From contig CAJFCJ010000003.1 in the NCBI GenBank assembly GCA_904063045.1, positions 62,001-126,000 of the forward strand: 64,000 bases of DNA, read 5' to 3'. The stretch comes from Dimorphilus gyrociliatus. Taxonomy: Eukaryota > Animalia > Annelida. The notes under the pieces are model-generated. The model had not been told where the DNA came from. It saw nothing but the letters and a program-made list of their open reading frames with translations, and ran no database searches. Positions 10,743 to 23,271 of this stretch are shown here, one piece after another (position 1 is the first letter of the stretch; every line of letters starts with the position of its first letter). The translations under genes were made by a program, and so were the position numbers.

Positions 10743-13700
10743 CTATGCCATTACTGAATCTGTACTCTTCTTAACGAGTTCGTTGAATAGGCCGCCACTC
10801 GATATCAGTTGATCGGGAGTGCCTTTTTCTACGAGTTCACCTTTATCGATAACGAGAATCATATCGTAGTCCATTATTGTTTTAATACGGTGAGCAATAG
10901 TAATAATAGTACAATAATGAAAATGTTCCCTAATACAGTCCTGTATAAGGGTGTCAGTTTCATTATCTATATTTGCAGTTGCTTCGTCCAGAATTAGGAC
11001 ATTAGCCTTTCGAAGAAAGGCTCTCGCCAATGACAACATTTGCTTCTCTCCAACGCTAAAATTTCCTCCGTTATCTACAACTTTTGCGTAGATAGTATCT
11101 GGTAGTAATTTTATCTTTGGCGCCATTCCTACGCATTCGAGACTATTCCATATTTCCTGGTCAGAATAGATGCTATTCGGATCTATATTTGATCTTACAG
11201 TACCCGTAAACAAGTACATATCTTGGGGTATCGTTGATACTGAAGATCTGGCAATTGCTAGAGGTAAATTGAAGAGGTTAATACCGTCCAGGATGATTTC
11301 TCCTTCAGGTTCAACAAGTCTAAGAATGGCAGAAACGATTGTGGATTTTCCCGCTCCTGTTCGGCCGACAATGCCAACCTGATAAGAGTTGAGAGATGAA
11401 GTCAAAAGAAGGTAAGAAAGAAAGAAAGAATGAGAGTAAGAATGAACGAACGCACGAACGAACGAATGAATGATTGAGTAGAATTTGTATTTATCTCTAT
11501 TTATCCTCCTTACCTTTTTACCACTTTCTATTTCAAGAGAAAAGTTTTTCAAGGCGTAATCGTCAGTACCTTCGTATTTTAGACTGACATTTTTAAAGGT
11601 TAGCGAACCGTTTCTAGGCCACATCATATCTGTTGGAAGTTCTTTAAACTCTTTTTTCTCTTTATCCAATTCAGTATAGTCGATAACACGTTCGACCGAA
11701 GTAAACTAAAAGAAGAAAGAAGGAAAAACTTAGTTGGATGTTTCTAATTTGTCGGTTTTGTTTTTAATAGAAAACTAACCGCGTCTTCCATGCGGATAAA
11801 CGTTTGAAATATGGTCTGCAGAGGTTCAGACACATGAAGGATATATTGTATGACCAAACCTAGGAGCGTTACTGAGAGAGTAGTAAATCTCAACATGATT
11901 ATAGAAGTTGCCATTAGGATAAGGAAAACGATACTTGTTATCATTGTTCTCAGCCAGAAATAGGACGAATTCAACGCCAAAATCATACGATTATTCTCAT
12001 CCAACAACTCTGAATACTTTTCCCAGAATCTCTGTTGAACATCGTGGCATCTAATAACGGTTAGACCGTCGATAGTATCGCTGACGTGAGAGAGCACGGG
12101 ACTATGGCTGCTTGAGCTCAATCTCTTTAGGACAAAAATTGTTTTCGTTGCGAATTTGAATACTATAAATATGAGTATGATGCTTAGGGCAAAACTAATG
12201 CCAGACATAGGATAGACGTAGAGGGTAAACGAGACGCTAAAGCATAATTGCAGGACTAAATAGATGAAGGTGGCAAAAACCAAAAAGAGTACGTGATCTA
12301 CGGCCATAATATCTTTAGAGAATCGGTTGAGGATTACTCCTATTCTCTGAGAGTCGAAAAACATCATTTTAGCCCTAATGACCTCTTTAAGCATGTCGGC
12401 GTGAATCAGTATGGAGGCTCTCGTATTAAAGGCGGCAAATATAAATTCAACGCCTAAACTGGCCAAAGTTAGAAATCCTATTCCAGCAGCGTAGAATATT
12501 AATGCTTGCCGGTAGGCGGCATAATTTCCAAAGTTTAATTCAATAACCTCGGCGGTATTCTTATCAATTATTAATGTTATGAAGAGGACGACCAGAAGAA
12601 AGAGGACGCCCAGAAATAGAAGAAAGAGGGAGCCTTTTTTCATATAATACCAATGAACACCCCAATTAACGAATCCCTGGCCAGTCCTCTCCAAGTAGTC
12701 TTTCTTTTCTGTTGCATCATCGTGTTTACCTACTTTGTAAACTTCTTTTGATAATATCTGTAGTTGCTCATCTTCATCCTTGTCGACAGTATACTCCGAC
12801 ATTTCTCCATCACTAATTATTAATGATTTATCAACATTTTTCAAATACTGAGTTTGGTGCGTTACTAAAAGGACTGTCTTTGATTTAAGATAATCTTTTA
12901 TGGCAAATTGAAAGACGTGCTCTCCTATATTGGCGTCTAGAGCACTCAAAGGATCGTCTAAGAGGTATATATCCGATTCTCTATAGAGTGCTCTGGCCAG
13001 ACTTATTCTTGCCCTTTGACCTCCGCTTACTTTTAAACCTCTTTCGCCCACAATGGTTTGATCTTTAAGAGGAAATTTTCCAATATCTTCAATCAGTTTG
13101 CTAACTTCGTAGACTGTTTGCAACTTGACCAAATCCAATGGCTCTCCAAATATTACATTTTCTCTGATTGTATCACCAAATACCCATGGTTCTTGGGGCG
13201 AATAATTAAGCCTTCCCTTCCTTATTATCGAACCACTAAGGGTGTTTAATTCGCCCATAAGAACTTGAAGAAGCGTCGACTGTTGTTGCGAAATAGAAGA
13301 AAGAAGAAGGGAGGAAGAAGAGAGAAAAAAGAGCGTATTAAACAAACAGTAACGAAAAAATGGGATTTTTAAAAAACAAATATTAACCTTTCCACATCCA
13401 ATTGTACCTATAACGCAGTAGACTTGACCAGGTTTCATACTAAGGTTAATATTCTTTAGAATGGGAGTGTCAACGTTATCATCCCACGTGGCCGAAACGT
13501 CCTCCAACGCTATCGTTTGCTCGTTTTCGCTGGAATCATCCCTAACAATTTTATTCTCTCTATCGGGAAGTTTGAGAAATTCCTGCAAACAAAAAAACAG
13601 AGACGACGTTGGAGTTGTATGTTCTAATCTATAGATGATTGTCTATTTCTATACTAATCATTTAATGAATGAATGAACAAGTGCCGGTACATACCATAAT

Positions 13701-15209
13701 TCTTTCAAGGCTTTCGTACGCTTCGGCTATGTGGAACATAGCGGTTGCGAATGTATTAAATAGATGGTCTTCGAAAGTTCCCAGCATGAGTGATATATAT
13801 AAGAATTGAGCTACGTTCAAGTGCTCAATTTGTTTGAACCAGTACATGGATGCCAGAACTGCGAATAGGACGATATGCGGTGCAACAATACCCATAGCGT
13901 TTGGTATGGCTTCGATTATAAGCGATTTAAAATTAACTAATAGTTCTTTCCTCCTCTGTTCCTTTATTTTACCCTCAAAGTTACGTTCCCAGGCGTTCAT
14001 CTTAATCAGCTTTATGGCGGAACAAAGTTCCCTAACGCTATTTACCCTCTTATCGGAAAAGAAGGTGATCCATCCGTAATAACTTCCAGAGAGGTAACTT
14101 AAGATAGTTTGAATGAAAACGATGACGGCTAATGTGATTATCATGACGATTGTGACGTTGAAACCAATTTCCATAGATATTATAATAACTAATACAATAG
14201 ACATTACTGGTGAGGTTATGATAAACTGCAAAAATGATAGACAGTCCATAACTTGTTCCGTATCGCTCGTAATCAATGTTAGAATTCTACCGGAAGTAAC
14301 GTTATGTTTTGCAGTCTTGCTAACGGAGAGGAGCTATTAGATGGAAAATAGACGTTGGTTAATAGTTTTGTTTTTTTTTAAGAAGCTAATTATCTGTTCT
14401 TAGCATATCGGATTGAGTAGTAATAATAGTAATCATAGCAAAGATCGTACCAACCTTCTGATAGATGACGCCTCTTATGATGGTTTTAGCTCGAAGACCA
14501 CCAACAAGTTCAAGAAAATTACAATAAGTTATTAGAATATCGGCTAGTAGGTGTATTAAAAATATTCCAGAAAGTAGGCCATATTCTAAAGGAACAACCA
14601 TCGTATTCAAACTAAACTGGCGCAAAAGCTGGTAATATGAAATTGTACTAGCCAAGACGAGTAGGTCCTGTAAAATAGAATCAACGCAAACCAGTTAATC
14701 AGCTAATAGTTTTGGATTAAGGAATTTAGAGCTTACCGTCATGCTATTTAGGAAAACGGACCAGGCTAAATATTTGCAAACGAGCTTTCTAACGGCATTC
14801 ATTACAGTACCCATTCTCAGTTCTTTGTCCTTAATTTCTTCTCTGCGGGAAAATACTCTCGATTTAGAGGAGAAAAACAAAAAAACAAAGACAGAAACAA
14901 TCTTTAAATCGACTCACCGGTATTCTTCGTAAGCTGGAAGTGACTTTAGTTCTGGTAGCGTTTCAAATACAGTCTCTGGTACGAGTTCTTCCTTTGCACC
15001 TCTTCTTATAAACGAAGTCATCCACCTAGGAATTGTTCAAGTTTCTTAAATGATTGATTAATCGGTTCCCTTCCATATACAGTATATGGAAGGATCTAGC
15101 TATACAATTGTGAACGTTAATTCCCTTACCAGAAACATAGTCTCGAAAAAATGTTGGCCTTGACATAAGGGCACTCTTGGCTCTTTTCAATAAGTCTGGT
15201 GGTCTCCAT
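10743..15209 (-). CDS. ABCC4/MRP4-like ABC exporter, copy A, 1222 aa (TMD1-NBD1-TMD2-NBD2)
   Basis: Nine exons: 15209-15130, 15025-14918, 14842-14737, 14667-14455, 14333-13695, 13582-13388, 13279-11780, 11705-11514, 11378-10743; all junctions GT..AG and in phase. N-terminal CPYVKANIFSRLCFWW. NBD1 GTIGCGKS / VSGGQ / YLLDD; NBD2 GRTGAGKS / FSVGE / LILDE; ILNRFSKD. Confidence 0.92.
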
Positions 15210-16141
15210 TGCAAACTTTTAAATCAGTTGGTCGATATTTTCCCGTTACAAACTCATTCTGTCAGGGTTTGAATAGGTTTGTTTTATTGCTTTTAGAGGA
15301 AGACGATAAAATTGATAAGTATACATCTATAAACCAAGGGAGAGAGAGAGAGAGAGAGAAGCGTTCTAAAAGTTCTTACTTACTTGAAAGATGAGGAAAT
15401 GGTCGATTCACTTGTCGGTCGAACTTTTACAGAGTTCTCTATACTAACCTACGGTGGCCATTTTCATTCAAACTGTACGAATTGAGGTATAATCGGAAGC
15501 GTCATATTGTTATGAACATATGTTGTCTTACCAATTGTTTTATTCCTATTCATATTAATTCAAACGTGGAAACATCTGTAATCAGCCATTCTTTTTGTTT
15601 ATATCATCAGTCATGAATTGTTGCTGTACTTTACTGCATACACGCATTTATATATAGGCATATATAATTCCCGCCTATAGAGCATATACAGTACGATTAT
15701 TTTTCATATTTTACTTTCCTTATTAATATTCATAGAATTTTTATTAAAATAAAATCCTTATCAGTCGTGTTTTTGAAAAAACAAAACAATATAAATATTT
15801 ATCAGGGTGGTCGTTTGGAAGATACCGCTAAATCGCTTCTGGCTAATTTGCATATATTCAAAAATTAACGATTTCCTCTACGTCATTACTACGTATATTG
15901 AAAATTGGATATTTTCCAACCGTTTGAAAAAAAGACTAATAATCAATAGATAGATAAAGATAGGGAAATTTAACGGTTGATTAGGGGAGTTGTTGGATCA
16001 ATCGTAAGATTTTTGTTCCGTTATTTTATCGCCCATTTCTTTCTATCCCTCTTACTTCTCTTTAACACTTTTCGTGAATATTTTCTTTGCTATCTAGCTT
16101 TAAGAACATATAAGAAGATAGATAGATGAATAGAAAGACAA

Positions 16142-16177
<36 letters not shown>

Positions 16178-16375
16178 AGAGAGAGAGAAAACAAACAGAC
16201 AGATAGAGACAGGGAATAAGAATGAGAGAGTAAGACATAGGTAGATAATAGCTCAGAAAAGAGTTTCTCTCTCTCTGATTTAAAGAAGGATGCTAATTGA
16301 ATTTTGTACTCTCAGTACTTTCTTGTATATTAATAAAAAAGAAACGCAAAATTAATTAATTAATTATATCATAAA

Positions 16376-19300
16376 TCAATAAATTTGCTGGTGTTGTTGA
16401 TTCTTCACAAGTTCGGCGAATATTCCTCCACTTTTAATCAATTCGATTGATGTTCCGCTTTCTACTAATCTGCCACACTCTATAACTAGAATAACGTCAT
16501 AGTCCATTATCGTGGCTAGCCTATGTGCTATGGTAATAACCGTACAGTTGGCAAAGTGTTTCCTTACGATATTTTGTATATGCTGATCAGTTTTGTTGTC
16601 GACGTTTGCGGTAGCTTCGTCCATAACTAGTACACAGCTTTTTTTAAGAAACGCCCTTGCTAAGGCCATTATTTGCTTTTCTCCCACGCTAAAATTGCTT
16701 CCACAGTCGGTAGTACGCGTATAGAGTTGATCAGTGTAGCTTTTTACCTTTGTCGCCATTCCAACTTTCTGCAGAGAATCCCAGATTTCTTGATCCGAGT
16801 GCATGTTGAATGGATCTAAATTGCTCCTAATTGTTCCGTTATAGATAAAGCTATCTTGAGGAATAATACTTATAGCACTTCTGGCCAGTTGAAGTGGAAT
16901 AAGTAGTAAATTGACATTGTCTATGTAAATTTCACCACTAGGTTCGTGAAGCCTAAGCAGAGCCGAAACAATCGAGCTCTTTCCCGCTCCTGTCCTTCCC
17001 ACAATGCCAACCTATAAATCAACCATTTATTCAGTTAGTCAGGGCAAGTCAACTCATCGAACGTTACATAAAGACAAACTGACAAGCAAACAACTACAAA
17101 CCTTTTGACCACTATCACATTTAAAATTTAAATTTTTCAACGCGTACTCCTCGCAATCAGTATACCGTAAGCATACATTCTTAAAATGAATAGATCCCGT
17201 TCGAGGCCAGTACTCGTCGTCCGGCATTAGACTGAAATTTTCCTTTTCGCCCTCTATATGCATATAATCAAGAATCCTTTCGACCGATGCGAACTGCAAG
17301 TGGCCAAGTATAAGAAAAAGAAGAAGAGGTAAAAAACGAATTACTAACCGCGTCTTCCATCTCTATAAATTTTTGAAAGAGAACTTGAAGAGGCTTCGAT
17401 ATGCCTAATATATACTGAACCACTAAACCTAATAAGGTAACCGACAAGTTCGTTGTCCTTAGCATGATCATAGTGAATACAAGAATCATTAGAAGGGTAA
17501 AAGTTGAACTAATACTTCTTAACCAAAAATAAGAGGAGAAGAGAGCCATATCTATTCTATTGTTTTCGTCGGTGAGCTTTTTCAACTTTTCCCAAAATCT
17601 CTCAGTCATATTATGACACCTGATCACTGATATTCCTGTCAGAGTATCATTGATATGCGATAATAGTGGCGCACTACTCGACAGTTCCAACCTTTTTAAT
17701 CTAAATATAGGATTGGACGCCTTTCTGAAGAGTATATAATTAACTACTATACAAATAACATAGCAAATAGCCAAATAGGGATAGACGTAAGTGGTGAATG
17801 CCATTCCAAAGAAGACGTGGAGAAGCAAAGTGATAAAAGTGCTAAACGCTACAATCATCACTTGATCGACGAATAAGAGATCTTTAGAGAATCTATTAAG
17901 GATGACGGCAACCCTATGAGTGTCAAAAAATGTCATTTTAGCCTTCATAACTTTAACAAGCATTTCGTTGTGAATGTTCTTGGATGATTTGATGGTAAAA
18001 ACCAATAGGAACAATTCGGAGGAGAAGGCAACCAACGTGGCAAAAGATACTGTGACCACAAAAAACAATAGAGCTTGTCTAAAGCTTTTCACGTTGCCGT
18101 AATGTATTTCAATAGCATTCGACATGTTTAACTCTCCTAATAAATTCAAAAGAAACGATGCTACGAATAGTGCAAATGCGATGAAAATCATCAATGGCGA
18201 TCCTTTTTTTATATAGAACCAATGTACTTTCCAGTTGGCGGTACCCTCTCCTGTTCCTTCAAAGTAGGATTCGCCCTCTTCCAACGAGTCTTCCACTTCA
18301 AATTGTTGACTTTCAACTCTGTCCGTATTGGGTAAACTTTGAATTTGTTGAATTTCGTCGTAATTTTCAACACGGCCGTTGTTCAAAGTGAGCACTTTAT
18401 CCACTTCTTTCAAAATATTTTGTTGATGAGTGACGAGCAAGACTGACTTTGATTTGAGATATACTTTTAGCGCCTTTTCAAAAACTAGTCTACTAATTTT
18501 GGCGTCTAAAGCGCTGAAAGGATCGTCTATTAGATATACGTCGGCGTCCCTGTAGAGGCATCTGGCCAAGCTTATTCGTGACCTTTGCCCCCCGCTTAGC
18601 TTGAGGCCTTTTTCCCCGACAACAGTTTGATCTTGTAGAGGCATAGTTTCGAAATCTTGTACAAGACCCGAAGCTTCGTATACTTTGTTTAATTTGTTCA
18701 AATCGAAATTCTCTCCAAACACAACATTTTCTCTAATTGTATCGTGAAATATCCACGGTTCTTGAGGTGAAAAGCTCAATTTTCCGTTGACAATCATTTT
18801 ACCACTCCTTATCCTTTCCTCTCCCAAAACGACTTGAAGTAGAGTCGACTGTTTGTGGTTATTGGTACGTTGTCGTTTTTGAAAAAGACAAAAATTGAAA
18901 GGACACATTATTTTTAATGAATAAAAGAGAGAGTAAGAACCTTTCCACTTCCAATAACGCCAACGATGCCTAGTAGTTCCCCTCTCGACAATTCAAAGTA
19001 AACGTCTTTGAGCATTTTATCTGTTTGTTTCTCATCCCACGAAGTACAAATTTCTTGAGCTTTAACCAGTGTTAAATTAACCTTTTCGTCTATACAACAA
19101 ACGACGTCGTTTGGTTTGTCGTTTCCCATTAAGAATTTCTATTGAAAAGGAATAGTTTTATTTTCTTTAAATGTTTAATTCTGTTAGAAACAAAAGTTTA
19201 GATATTATTTTGATATTCTTCAAGTCTAGCTTGTCCTATTCTGTCAAATTTTATGTTTGTTTGTTTATTTATTTCATATTGGATAGTATACTAACGCTGA

Positions 19301-20842
19301 TCCTTTCAAGACTGGAATGGGCGTTGGCGCAACGATAAATGGCATCGGAGAAGAGGATGAATAGATGAACTTCTAAACTACCGACAAGCAGGGCGATGTA
19401 GAGAAATTTCGCCACTCCGAGCATTTCGATATGCTTAGTGAGATAGAGATAGCAGAGAATTGGTAAAAGAACTAGATTCCTTCCACTGGCAGTGATAGCG
19501 GTAGAAAGTGTATAAATAATACCCGAACCAAATTCGTAATAGAGTTCCGCTTGTCTATAAATGCCGATTTTTTGCATAAAGTTCTTCTCAAGAGAATTAA
19601 TTTTAATGGCTCTAATAAATGAAAATATTTCGGCCATGGTACTCAATCTCTTATCCGACCAATCGGATACATTCTTGTTATACGTGCCGGCTAGCAGGTT
19701 AAAAGTACCTTGATAAAAAACAATGGCAATAAGAGTGCCGGAAATGATTAAAGTCATAATTAGACCAATTTCTAGACCAATGAGAATAACGACAATGGTT
19801 GCCATAACCGGCGAAACAACAAAATAAGAGAAGGTACAAGCAGTTTCAGTAATATTCTCCAAATCCCTCGATAATAAACAAAGAATGTGACCATTTGTTC
19901 CATTTTTTTGATGTCTTTGACTGGCAGTTAGAATCTGTTGGGATAGGAAAAAAATGTTAGTATACGAGAGAGGAGGGATGGAGGTAGGAAGGATGGGAGC
20001 GACTGACTGAGTGAGTGAGTGAGTGACTGAGCGAGTGAGTGGGCGAAGAGGCGGCGGTGTAGGAGGAAAAGCTCAGGAGGGAAATAATAAAGTGGAAGAA
20101 TATTTTCTCTTCTTCTCCTACCTTATTGTAGATGACTGCTATAAGCGAACTTTTTATCTTGGCTCCCATCAATTTTCCAAGAAATCTCGAATAGTTGAGA
20201 ATCAGTGTTGATATTAGATTTAAACAAAATATAAGAGCTAACAAATAATATTCCATATTGATGATTGTTGTTATTTCTTTAAAGTCTCTGAGGAGACGGT
20301 AGTAAATATAGGTCATACCTAAGTTCATTCCTTCCTTAGAAAGAAAAAGAAAGATGGGATTAAGGGCTATAGAAGGACAAATGAAAAGGTTCGTGTACAA
20401 ACTCCTATGAAGCAAAAGATGAGATTGTAGATCCAGTAACTTTTCACAACGTATTTTAGGGATTTAAAGATGGAGAGGAACGTATAGTTGCGCTCTTTAT
20501 GTCTTTCCCTGAAAGATGAATAAACTGCATTGATTAATTTGTATTTTTACTTGTCTATTTGATGGTTATTACATAAATTTACTAAACGTGACTTCGGTTT
20601 TCATTTCGTGAATAATGTCAAAGATATCGTGGGAGTTAAGACCTCTCTTCATTCCTTTCAACATCAACTCATTCATCCACCTAAAAAACATTTTCACAAA
20701 GTAGAACATGAAAAGAATGCTATTAAAATGGCGCAATTATATTCTGTTTTACTTACCAAAACAGCCATTTTGATATGCAATTAGCCTTCAAATAGAGACA
20801 CTCTTTTCTCTTAGCTTTTTTAACTAGATTATCACTTTCCAT
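16376..20842 (-). CDS. ABCC4/MRP4-like ABC exporter, copy B, 1225 aa, tandem paralogue
   Basis: Nine exons: 20842-20757, 20680-20573, 20508-20403, 20334-20122, 19934-19296, 19138-18941, 18848-17349, 17293-17102, 17011-16376. Seven of nine exon lengths equal those of copy A. NBD1 GVIGSGKS / LSGGQ / YLIDD; NBD2 GRTGAGKS / FSVGE / LVMDE. Confidence 0.92.
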
Positions 20843-21924
20843 AATCTCCTATTCAGTCTCTTTTCCTCCTTGAAGCGAGCATTTTTCGCTTTTTTCAACA
20901 ATAGAATATTAAAAAATTTTAAATAATCCCGTTTCAAGTTGAAACAATTCAAGCTTTTTGTTGTTTGCCTACAAAAATCAATCAATTAGTACAGTCAATT
21001 CATCAGTGTTAATTCACAACGTTTCTCTTCATCTATTCTCTAAGCGAATATAGAATATAGTAGAATCAGGATTAGAAGAATATCATCATATTTTCTTTTG
21101 TTCCTCAGAATCGGAAGAAGGCGTTTCGCTATATTTTCTAATTGTTTTGTTTCGGTTCAGTTCCTTTTTTTTGATTTTCCGTGTTCAAAAAAAGGAAGAG
21201 AGAATGGCTATTTGAACATCTGTGACTTTTTTATTCGTATAATTGTTCTGTTAGATGATGATAGGACATTAAACGTCGGTTAGACATGACTGTTCTAAAT
21301 TCAATTGGTAGTTTACGAACAATAGAGTTTACCCTTACATGCAACATTAACATACAAAACTATATAGACATGTCGAAATTGCAACCTGTTTCAGTTTTTA
21401 TTGCATTAAACGCATGAATAATAATATTAATATAGTGTTAATGTGTATGAAATGTATATACTGTACGTGTTTGAATCGATGGATTGATGATTGAATCTAT
21501 ATATAGAATATTATAGGGTTAGATCGGGGAAGAGACGTAGGTATTCTCTGTCTTTCTCTGTTTTTTGTCTATCGGGCGTCTAACGCTTTCAGACACATAC
21601 ACGAACACTGGAAATAGGAGAGAGAGAGAGAGAGAGAGAGAGCCATGTTTACTTCCTTATTTAATGAACTATTGAGTAAAATTGTTGAATATGTTTTAAA
21701 AATAGCTTTTCTAAATGACGTATTGAATGAGAGAATCAAAGTGAAACATCGAATTTACTAGTTTGGTCAGTCTAAATATAGAATTTAGAATTGTTGAGAA
21801 AAATTAATGACAAAGCGAATAGTTGTTTTTAACAAGTGTCAAATCACTGATTGTTATTGAATGAAGAAATGAAAACTTGATTGATTGATTGATTGATCGA
21901 TTAAACGATTACCAAGTAACTTTT

Positions 21925-22160
21925 TTTCTTAGCAGTTTCCCAGAGTTCTTAATTTGTTTGACTAAAAATATCGAATAAATCAATGTTCGTCTTAAAGTTC
22001 CAACAGTTCTAAAAGCTAAATTCTCTCTCTTGACGAAATAGTAGAGACGTTAAATCTGCCTATTGACAAAGGTAATTCCAGTAAATTTATTCCATCTAGT
22101 TGGATTTCATCAGTTGGCTTCCTTAATCTCTAAAGAGAGCCTACAATCGAACTTTTCCGC
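21925..22160 (-). pseudogene. Decayed relic of the NBD2 exon of a third ABCC copy
   Basis: Minus strand reads RKSSIVGSL*RLRKPTDEIQLDGINLLELPLSIGRFNVSTIS, then after frameshifts GTLR..NIDLFDIFS...*ELWETAKK. Compare copy A GKSTIVSAILRLVEPEGEIILDGINLFNLPLAIARSSVSTIP...GTVRSNIDP. In-frame TAG at 22132-22130. Confidence 0.8.
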
Positions 22161-23229
22161 TTAGGATCAGTCGGAGTTTAAATCTTACTGAAGAGAGCGA
22201 GCGAGCGAGAGAGAGAGAGAGAGAGAGAGAAAAGAGGGGGAAGGAAGGCGCAAGAAAACAAGTAAATAGAAATGAGTTGTCTTTTCCGAAATGATGAACG
22301 ATAGTATGGGTAAAACGAAACAATCATGAGCCGTTTTAACTGTTTCTCAGAATAAATATAATCCATTCATCAACTCTATCCTTATTTGTTTAAGAGACGA
22401 TAAAGGCGAAATTTATTTTTATTTGTCTTTCAAGGACATCTTCGAAGGACAAAGACTAATTGCATTTTAAGAAAACAACCAAACTCGGACTTTTAATTAA
22501 TTTTAAACTTTTTTCTCATCAACCAAATATTAATTATATCAATAATCAAATTGATAAAAACACGTCTTTCTACTATTTTCCTCTCTAGATTTAGCTTTTT
22601 GTGAGGAGTAAAAGGAAATAAATGCTCAACTGCCAAAAATAGAATAGGGTGAGGTGCGTGGGTGGAGGGGTGGATGTTTTTTTTTGAGGCTTGGAAAGGG
22701 GCAGCGAGAGGGAGAGAGAGGGAGTCGACGACGACAGCGACGGTGATTAAGGGGACGCTTCGTCGAAAGTTGGTTTTAACCGGAAATAATTTAATTTTAA
22801 GATGAAATTTGATCTCGGTTTGTTGGCTAAAGTTGGACGAAAATATAAATTTCATTTCGAAACTGTAACCGAAGACGGAAGACGGTAGAAGAAAGGAGAA
22901 TAGCAGAATATTCTTTCACTGTTTACGGGCAGATCTTGAGAAGAAACAAGAAAAGGAGGTAAAGCGAGCGAGGAGAAGAATGGAATTAATTCGATTACGA
23001 ATAGAAAGAGATTTTACGCCTCGATGCAAAAATTATAGAGTATATAAATGATATAAGGATACATATTTAAGTGATACGAATAATTTCCTTTCTTACAAAC
23101 GTAATTTTATATACCAAGATACTCGAATACATTCAGAATCAATTGAGAAACGAACTTTTAAGAGAACGATAACAAGCTAATTATAATGAATAGGCTATCA
23201 ATAGATCATAAACCCTCCAAATGAGACAA

Positions 23230-23271
<42 letters not shown>

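Noticed and set aside
22178-22366. MDYIYSEKQ resembling ABCC exon 8 (RILDYMHIEGEK)
   Set aside because: Similarity is too short to support by eye; needs tBLASTn.
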